From: an uncultured Flavobacterium sp.
GTDB lineage: Bacteria; Bacteroidota; Bacteroidia; Flavobacteriales; Flavobacteriaceae
Assembly: GCA_963924965.1 (NCBI GenBank)
Contig: CAWURM010000022.1
Location: forward strand, 1-62,750
Length of the DNA: 62,750 nucleotides
Direction of reading: 5' to 3'
In this document: positions 32,101-39,215 of the stretch, piece by piece
Position numbering within the stretch: the first letter of the stretch is position 1
Layout of the letters: each line of letters opens with the position of its first letter
Position numbers and translations under genes: made by a program
The notes under the pieces: generated by a model
Seen by the model: the letters and a program-made list of their open reading frames with translations, nothing else
Databases searched by the model: none
What the model was told of the DNA's origin: nothing

Positions 32101-32140
32101 AAAGATGAGGTAGTTGTATAGTGGACTATCTCATCTTTTT
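32101..32140 (+). terminator. Intra-operon hairpin/terminator after csgA
   Basis: AAAGATGAGGTAGTT...GACTATCTCATCTTTTTT. Confidence 0.7.
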
Positions 32141-32160
32141 TAATTTAAAAACAAAACAAA

Positions 32161-32697
32161 ATGAAAAGGACATATCTTATAAATATTGTAATTTTTCTGT
32201 GTTTTACTCCTACTATTTTTTCTCAAATTAGTAATAAACCAACTGATATTAAAAATTATAGTTCTTCTGTTTTTGATTCTAAAGCGTTTACAATAAATAC
32301 AATTGCCGCTTTAAATAATAGTGCCAAAAATAAAGAGGCTATTAGTACCAATTATTACTCTGGAATTTTCATTCAACAAATTGGTAACCACAATCAAACT
32401 GTAATTGATTTAAAATCAAAATTAACTGCTATATCTGTAACTCAAAACGGAGACAATAATCAGTACTTATTAGTTAATAATGCAGCAAAAATTAAAAATA
32501 CTATCTATCAAAATGGAAATAGTAACTCAATTTACGATTATTCTTACCGTTCTAATTATGAAATTAATTCTCAAATGAGTCAAAATGGTAATAATCAAAA
32601 CATCAAAAGTATCGGATCCAATTCTATTTCAAAAGATATGAAAGTAAAGCAAATAGGAAATGGAGCTTCAGTTATTATTGTAAATAAACTCAACTAA
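32161..32697 (+). CDS. csgB: Curlin minor subunit/nucleator-like protein
   Basis: Signal peptide, then QIGNHN, QNGDNN, QNGNSN, QNGNNQ, QIGNG at about 22-aa period; basic last repeat. Confidence 0.75.
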   Translation: MKRTYLINIVIFLCFTPTIFSQISNKPTDIKNYSSSVFDSKAFTINTIAALNNSAKNKEAISTNYYSGIFIQQIGNHNQTVIDLKSKLTAISVTQNGDNNQYLLVNNAAKIKNTIYQNGNSNSIYDYSYRSNYEINSQMSQNGNNQNIKSIGSNSISKDMKVKQIGNGASVIIVNKLN

Positions 32698-32698
32698 A

Positions 32699-33439
32699 AT
32701 GCAAAAACTAAAAAGGTTTATCATATTTATTTTTTTAATGTTTGCTACTCTTTTTTATGCACAAAAGAGTGTACCCCAAGATGAGATCAAAGCTAAAATT
32801 GAAATCGAGAAAATTGAGCAAAGTATCAAAGTCACTAGTACAGCTGAAAACAAGACTGGGCTTGCTAAAAGTGCTTCTTATCAATTATCTGTTATAAAAA
32901 GCAGTAAAAATGCCAATGGAAATCAATCCAACAATAGGCAAGAAGGGTTTTTTACTTTACAACCTTATGAAAAGATAAAATTATCCACCACTCAGGTAAA
33001 TACTGATGATGAAGTACAAGTAATCGTGATGTTGATTTTTTTTAATGAAGAGAAACAAGTAATTAGCAAAGAGAGGATCGAATTTAATGGTAAAAAAAAA
33101 GTAGTCATCACAGATTTACTGCCAGATGAAAGCTTTATTCTAAGAGGCATCATTACAGATAATACTAAAACACGTATTGGGAAAGAGTTTTATGACAAGT
33201 ATTATTATAAATACAACGACATAAATATTAACGGAAACGAGATCGTAACATTAATTGAGGAACTTAGTTTTGGCCGAAATACTAAAATAAGTATCGAAAT
33301 AAATAATGAAGTTATTTATGAATTTTTAGCAAAACCTGATGACGAATTTTTAGAGGCCGTAGCCGAGGAAGCTGTAAAGGTCTCCTATTATTACTTTAAG
33401 ACAAAAGAGAAGCAAAATAACGATTTTATCCAATATTAA
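32699..33439 (+). CDS. csgE: CsgE-family curli assembly protein with extra N-terminal CsgH-like domain
   Basis: C-half GIITDNTKTRIGKEFYDKY is CsgE-like; N-half YQLSVIK...GNQSNNRQEGFFTL...LSTTQVN is CsgH-like. Confidence 0.8.
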   Translation: MQKLKRFIIFIFLMFATLFYAQKSVPQDEIKAKIEIEKIEQSIKVTSTAENKTGLAKSASYQLSVIKSSKNANGNQSNNRQEGFFTLQPYEKIKLSTTQVNTDDEVQVIVMLIFFNEEKQVISKERIEFNGKKKVVITDLLPDESFILRGIITDNTKTRIGKEFYDKYYYKYNDININGNEIVTLIEELSFGRNTKISIEINNEVIYEFLAKPDDEFLEAVAEEAVKVSYYYFKTKEKQNNDFIQY

Positions 33440-33450
33440 ATTGTAAAATT

Positions 33451-33858
33451 ATGAAAAAGCAACATTGTATTCTAGTGATTATCATACTGATTTCTACGGC
33501 AATACAATCGCAGGCATTAGTTTATAAGCCAATTAACCCAGCATTTGGAGGCGATACGTTTAATTACCAATGGTTGATGAGTAGCGCAGAAAATCAAAAT
33601 AAGCATACCGAAAAAATAGCCTCAGAAACTGAAAAAACCGAATTGCAGCAATTTAAAGAAAGTTTAGATGCACAATTGTTGAGCCAAATTTCAAGCTTAT
33701 TGTATAGACAGCAATTTGGAACTGATGGGCTAGCGCAGGGTTCTTACACTTTTGGAAGCTATTCTATCGATATTTACCCTACAGCCGCTGGTTTATCATT
33801 AAATATTTTAGATACTAAAACTGGTGAACAAACTCAAATAATCATCCCAAACAAATAA
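33451..33858 (+). CDS. csgF: Curli assembly protein CsgF
   Basis: LVYKPINPAFGGDTFNYQWLMSSAENQN (NPxFGG signature); TGEQTQI. Confidence 0.92.
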   Translation: MKKQHCILVIIILISTAIQSQALVYKPINPAFGGDTFNYQWLMSSAENQNKHTEKIASETEKTELQQFKESLDAQLLSQISSLLYRQQFGTDGLAQGSYTFGSYSIDIYPTAAGLSLNILDTKTGEQTQIIIPNK

Positions 33859-33859
33859 C

Positions 33860-35233
33860 ATGAAAATTTATAACTATTTTACCTTAGTTCTATTGTTTTT
33901 AATGTCCGGCTGTGCGGCTTTCTTTAATCAACCTACAGGAGTTGAAAAAGCGATCATGGGAGAAGGGACACCTGCAACGTCATTACTTAAAAATTTGCCT
34001 ACACCGAAGCAACAAGTAGTAGTAGGGGTTTACAAGTTTAGAGATCAAACAGGCCAATATAAGTCACAAGAAAACGGGAGTAGTTTTAGTACCGCAGTTA
34101 CGCAAGGAGCGACTTCAATATTATTAAAAGCACTTGAAGATTCAAAATGGTTTATCCCCATCGAAAGAGAGAATATCGGCAACTTACTTCAGGAGCGAAA
34201 CTTGATTCGCTCTACGCGTCAAGAATATATAAAAAACACCGATCCTAATGAACCACAACTAACTCCTTTATTGTATGCTGGTGTTTTATTAGAGGGAGGT
34301 ATTATTTCGTATGATTCTAATATCATTACGGGAGGTTTTGGAGCACGTTATTTTGGAGCGGGCGGATCAGTAAAATACAGACAAGATCGTGTTACTGTTT
34401 ATTTAAGAATAGTTTCTACATCCAATGGTAAAATTCTTAATTCGGTTTACGTTTCTAAAACTATATTATCACAAGCTGTTGATCAAAGTCTTTTTAGATA
34501 CGTCAATTTTAAAAGACTTTTAGAAGTGGAGACTGGTTACACAACTAATGAGCCAATCCAGATGGCGGTTACTGAAGCTATCGAAAAAGCAGTGCAATCT
34601 ATTGTTTTGGAGGGAATAAAGGACGGTATTTGGGAAGCAGATGCGCCGAAAGAAGAATTGGATGCAGTTATGATAAAGTATAAAAAAGAAAATGAAGACG
34701 CAGGTGAGACAGCCATATACGGTAGACAATTAAAAAATAGAAGGTCGAAATTTGCAATCGAATTTGCAACTGGATTGACGCTCTTAGATGGAGATCGTGT
34801 AGATCCGTTATTGCGCCCCATGGGACGTGGAGCTTTAAAATATTTCATTAGTCCTACGTTTAATTTAAGTGCTTCAACCAATGTTATAAAACTCGCCAAT
34901 AAAGGCTATACTGAAAAAGGTTTCGCCACATTTGATTTAAATGCGGAGTTTATTTTATTGCCTAAAGATCGATTATCACCTTATATTTTCGCTGGTGGGG
35001 GTTTTGGTTTGAACAAAGAATTCGAAAATTTTCATACAAAAGTGCAATATGGTATTGGACTTGAATATTTAATTTCTGACCGTGTTGGTCTAAAAATGTA
35101 TGGGGAACACAATGTGAATTTTAGTGATAACATTGATTACTTAATAAGAGGCGTTCGAGACGATTACTATTATCGATTTGGGGTAGGACTGACCTATTAT
35201 TTTGGAAATAAAAAAGTAAGAACACAAAAATAA
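33860..35233 (+). CDS. csgG: Curli secretion channel CsgG with C-terminal outer-membrane beta-barrel domain
   Basis: Lipobox MSGC; VYKFRDQTGQYK, FSTAVTQGA, WFIPIERE, NLLQER; extra about 165 aa ending GVGLTYYF. Confidence 0.93.
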   Translation: MKIYNYFTLVLLFLMSGCAAFFNQPTGVEKAIMGEGTPATSLLKNLPTPKQQVVVGVYKFRDQTGQYKSQENGSSFSTAVTQGATSILLKALEDSKWFIPIERENIGNLLQERNLIRSTRQEYIKNTDPNEPQLTPLLYAGVLLEGGIISYDSNIITGGFGARYFGAGGSVKYRQDRVTVYLRIVSTSNGKILNSVYVSKTILSQAVDQSLFRYVNFKRLLEVETGYTTNEPIQMAVTEAIEKAVQSIVLEGIKDGIWEADAPKEELDAVMIKYKKENEDAGETAIYGRQLKNRRSKFAIEFATGLTLLDGDRVDPLLRPMGRGALKYFISPTFNLSASTNVIKLANKGYTEKGFATFDLNAEFILLPKDRLSPYIFAGGGFGLNKEFENFHTKVQYGIGLEYLISDRVGLKMYGEHNVNFSDNIDYLIRGVRDDYYYRFGVGLTYYFGNKKVRTQK

Positions 35234-35291
35234 ATGATGATCCTATTGTTCGTAAATAATTTTCTATCACCTAAATTTTAAAATTAAAATA

Positions 35292-36785
35292 ATGAAAAAT
35301 ATATATCTAACACTAAGTTTGTCCCTACTATTTTTTTTCAGCTCTTGTAGCGAGGAAAAAATTTCAGGAGAAGACTTTGGAACTGTAGAAGGAAGGGTGG
35401 TAAGTGCTATTACTTTTAAACCTTTAGAGAATGTAAAGGTGTTTTCTAATCCAAGTTCTAGTATTGTTTTTACAGATAGTGATGGACGCTTTTCCATTCC
35501 AAAAATTAAAGTGGGGCAGTACTCTTTTGAAGCTCAAAAAGATAGTTATATAACTAAATTTGAACCAGGTGCTGTTGTCATTAATGGAACCACTAGTTTG
35601 GTTTTTGAATTGAAGTTGGCTACTACTAATAATAAGCCACCTTCAAGTCCAGTACTCGTTTCTCCAGCAGATAATGTAACCAATCAAAGTTTAGAAGTAA
35701 ATTTAGCTTGGACAACTACAGATCCGGAAAAAGATGTTTTAACTTATGAAATTACATTACGTAATGATAAAAATAGTGATGTTATCGTTTATTCTGATAT
35801 TTCTGCAACGAACTACACTTTAACGGGATTGACGTATAGCACCAAATATTATTGGCAACTTTCAGCCTCAGATGGTATTAATAGTCCTGTAATAAGCGCC
35901 GTAAAATCATTTACCACAAAGGCGTTTCCTAATGCACGATTTTTATTTGTGAAAAATGTAAATGATAACAACGTTATTTTTTCCGGTAATGATTCAGGAG
36001 ATCAATTGCAAATTACAAATTCGGCTACAAATAGTTGGAGACCAAGAAAAAACAACCAATCCCAGAAAATAGCTTTTATAAGATCTAGCGGTTCGCAAAA
36101 TCATATTTATACCATGAAACCTGACGGTTCTGAAGTTTTTAAAGTAACAAGCGCGGTTCCTATTTCAGGGTTTAATTCGGAGTTTATTAATTTCTCTTGG
36201 AACACATCTGGGAGTCAGATTATTTATCCTTATTTTGATAAATTATATAAAATAAATAAAGATGGGAGTGGCTTGGCTAAGATCTATCAAACCCCTGACG
36301 GAAGATTTATTTCAGAATGCGACTGGAGCAATGACGGAACAAAAATTGCCTTAAAAATTAATAACGCGAGCGGGTATAATGCGGAAATTTTGGTGATTAA
36401 TCAATCAGGAGTAGTCCTTAATCAGGTGTTGTCTGGTATCAATGGAGCAATTGGAGGATTGAATTTTTCAGTGACGGGACAAAAAATAATTTTCACCAGA
36501 GATTTATCTGGATATGAAAACGCCAATTATAGACAACTCGATACTAGAATTTATCAATACGTTTTTAGTAGTGGAATTATTTCTGATATTGGATTAGACA
36601 AACCTTCAGGGACATTGGATTTAGATGTAAGGTATTCTCCTAGTGAGTCCGAATTGATTTTTGTAAATACTTCTAATGATGGTTTGTCCACAAAAAATAT
36701 TGTAAAATTAGTTCCGTCTTCCAGTAGTGCAAGTGCTACTAGAACTGTATTATTTTCAAATGCAAGTATGCCTGATTGGGAATAA
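35292..36785 (+). CDS. Lipoprotein with carboxypeptidase-regulatory-like, FN3-like and TolB-like beta-propeller regions
   Basis: Lipobox FSSC; GTVEGRV/TDSDGRF; LTGLTYSTKYYW; repeats WNTSGSQI, WSNDGTKI, FSVTGQKI, YSPSESEL; ends MPDWE. Confidence 0.85.
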   Translation: MKNIYLTLSLSLLFFFSSCSEEKISGEDFGTVEGRVVSAITFKPLENVKVFSNPSSSIVFTDSDGRFSIPKIKVGQYSFEAQKDSYITKFEPGAVVINGTTSLVFELKLATTNNKPPSSPVLVSPADNVTNQSLEVNLAWTTTDPEKDVLTYEITLRNDKNSDVIVYSDISATNYTLTGLTYSTKYYWQLSASDGINSPVISAVKSFTTKAFPNARFLFVKNVNDNNVIFSGNDSGDQLQITNSATNSWRPRKNNQSQKIAFIRSSGSQNHIYTMKPDGSEVFKVTSAVPISGFNSEFINFSWNTSGSQIIYPYFDKLYKINKDGSGLAKIYQTPDGRFISECDWSNDGTKIALKINNASGYNAEILVINQSGVVLNQVLSGINGAIGGLNFSVTGQKIIFTRDLSGYENANYRQLDTRIYQYVFSSGIISDIGLDKPSGTLDLDVRYSPSESELIFVNTSNDGLSTKNIVKLVPSSSSASATRTVLFSNASMPDWE

Positions 36786-36808
36786 TATGTCATCAATTCT
36801 ATTTTATT

Positions 36809-36837
36809 AATGCCTGCCTATTTAGGCAGGCATTTTT
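36809..36837 (+). terminator. Terminator closing the curli operon
   Basis: AATGCCTGCC-tattta-GGCAGGCATTTTT. Confidence 0.8.
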
Positions 36838-36938
36838 CATATAAGACTTCCCAAATCCCAATAGGCAAAACCCAAAAAAATATTTATCTTTGCCAAAACA
36901 ACCCTGTTGCTGATTAGCAACTTACACAACTACACTAA

Positions 36939-38116
36939 ATGAGTTCAGATACTTCAAAAAGATATGCACAGCGCGGTGTTTCGGCATCTAAAGAAGATGT
37001 ACATAATGCCATAAAAAACATTGATAAAGGTTTATTTCCACAAGCATTTTGTAAAATTGTCCCTGATTACTTAACTCAGGACGAGGATTATTGCTTGATC
37101 ATGCATGCTGATGGCGCGGGAACAAAATCGTCTCTTGCTTATATGTATTGGAAAGAAACAGGTGATATTTCTGTTTGGAAAGGGATCGCTCAAGATGCCT
37201 TGATCATGAATATCGACGATTTATTATGTGTAGGAGCTACGGATAATATTTTGCTTTCATCTACGATTGGAAGAAATAAAAACTTGATTCCAGGCGAAGT
37301 TTTATCAGCAATTATTAATGGAACAGAAGAGTTGATTAAAGAGCTTGATTCTTTTGGCGTAACCATCCATTCAACAGGCGGGGAAACGGCTGATGTTGGG
37401 GATATCGTTCGTACTATTATTGTAGATTCTACAGTAACGGCTCGTATGAAACGTTCAAAAGTGATTGATAATGCTAATATTAAAGCAGGTGATGTTATTG
37501 TAGGAATGGCTTCTTTTGGTCAAGCAACTTATGAAAAAAGTTACAATGGCGGAATGGGAAGTAACGGACTTACATCTGCACGTCATGATGTTTTTGAGAA
37601 ATATTTAGCCACTAAATACCCGGAAAGTTTTGACGCTGCAGTTCCTCAAGATTTGATTTATTCAGGTCAAGTAAAGCTGACAGATACAGTCGAAAATTCA
37701 CCTATTGACGCAGGGCAATTAGTACTTTCACCAACTAGAACTTATGCGCCTATTATCAAGAAAATTTTAGATAAATACTCGTCTGATGATATTCACGGAA
37801 TGGTGCATTGCAGTGGAGGAGCTCAAACTAAGATTTTACATTTGTACAAAACTTACACATCATAAAAGATAATTTATTTCCAGTTCCACCACTTTTCAAA
37901 TTGATACAAGAACAATCCAAAACAGATTGGAAAGAAATGTACCAAGTTTTCAACTGTGGGCACCGTATGGAAGTGTATGTTCCTGAAGCGGTGGCGCAGG
38001 ACATTATTGCGATTTCAAAATCGTTCAATGTCGATGCGCAAATCGTAGGTAGAGTAGAAGCAGCTGATAGCAAGAAATTGACTATCAGTAGTGTATACGG
38101 AACTTTTGAATACTAA
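36939..38116 (+). CDS. purM: AIR synthase (Bacteroidota type), split by a 1-nt deletion at about 37841-37843
   Basis: HADGAGTK, GGETAD, SNGLTSARH, HCSGGAQTK; adding one T gives ILHFVQNLHIIKDNLFP and joins MYQVFNCGHRME. Confidence 0.92.
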
Positions 38117-38131
38117 TATCAGTTTTTAAAT

Positions 38132-38209
38132 AGAAGCTAATCCCGCTATCCGCTCTATCTTTATGTTCTTAAAGAAAGAACATAAAGGATGCCGCTGCTA
38201 TCGGGGCTA
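38132..38209 (+). ncRNA. Flavo-1-like structured repeat/ncRNA, copy 4
   Basis: AGAAGCTAATCCCGCTATCCGCTCTATCTTTATGTTCTT...AAGAACATAAAGGATGCCGCTGCTATCGGGGCTA. Confidence 0.72.
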
Positions 38210-38222
38210 AAAAATAAACATC

Positions 38223-38582
38223 ATGTACGAATTAGTATTTTGGAAATATCTAGAAGAAGTATATTTAAATCATCACGAGATTTACGAGTATATATGTGAG
38301 GAGCAATCTTCTATAGAGGGTCTTGAAGCACTTCCTGTTCAAGTAATTATGAATAGAATCGCATCCGTATTTTCAAAGTGGGAAAAAGTAGATGAGAAAA
38401 GTTGGAAAAACAATGATGGAGTAGGGGCTTTTCATGTGAGAACAACACCTCAAAGTATTAAAATTGATTGCTATGGTACTCAAGGAAATACAATGGATGC
38501 TTTGGTCAATCTAATGGAAGAATTCAAATGCCCACTCTATGATCCTCAAGTACCAGAGCGATACGATGAAATGAATGAGTAA
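38223..38582 (+). CDS. Hypothetical protein
   Basis: 119-aa ORF; MYELVFW, CPLYDPQ. Confidence 0.75.
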   Translation: MYELVFWKYLEEVYLNHHEIYEYICEEQSSIEGLEALPVQVIMNRIASVFSKWEKVDEKSWKNNDGVGAFHVRTTPQSIKIDCYGTQGNTMDALVNLMEEFKCPLYDPQVPERYDEMNE

Positions 38583-38608
38583 TTTCGAGATTTTCTAAAT
38601 AATTGAAT

Positions 38609-39214
38609 ATGAGTTGGAACTTTTCTCAGGAACTAATTCTTGAAAATGATTATGTTTTGCTTCGTTCGCTTCAAGAAAGTGATATAGACAATTTACTAGA
38701 GTTTGCCATTAATGAGCCTACTACTTGGGAATATTCATTGATTCGTGCTGATAGTAAAGAAAACATGATCAAGTACATTCAACTAGCAGTCGAAGGGAGA
38801 GAAAATAAAAACCAATTTCCTTTTATTATTTTCGATAAACATTCAGGTAGATATGTTGGGAGTACGCGCTTCTATGATATAAATTTGGAATTCAAAACAC
38901 TACTATTAGGATATACGTGGTATGGAGAGCAATTTAGAGGCACGGGATTAAATAAACAGTGTAAATTTTTACTCTTACAATTCGCTTTTGAAACACTAGG
39001 TATGGATCGCGTAGAATTTCGCGCTGACAACAACAACAAACGAAGTATTGCTGCTATGAAAAGCATAGGATGTAAGGAAGAAGGAATACTTAGAAACCAT
39101 ATGCCCGTAAATGCAGGCAGTGATTTAAGACGAGATTCTATTGTTTTAAGTATCCTACGAAAGGAATGGTTTGATGAGGTAAAGCCAAATCTATTAAAGC
39201 GCATCGAAAATTAA
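38609..39214 (+). CDS. GNAT acetyltransferase (RimJ/RimL type)
   Basis: GSTRF, GYTWY, RGTGLN, RVEFRAD, NKRSIAAM, EGILR. Confidence 0.9.
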   Translation: MSWNFSQELILENDYVLLRSLQESDIDNLLEFAINEPTTWEYSLIRADSKENMIKYIQLAVEGRENKNQFPFIIFDKHSGRYVGSTRFYDINLEFKTLLLGYTWYGEQFRGTGLNKQCKFLLLQFAFETLGMDRVEFRADNNNKRSIAAMKSIGCKEEGILRNHMPVNAGSDLRRDSIVLSILRKEWFDEVKPNLLKRIEN

Positions 39215-39215
39215 T

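Noticed and set aside
37901-38116. Separate 71-aa gene
   Set aside because: It is the frameshifted C-terminus of purM
6093-38209. CRISPR array or IS elements
   Set aside because: Repeats are dispersed, not regularly spaced; no cas, transposase or integrase ORF in the window
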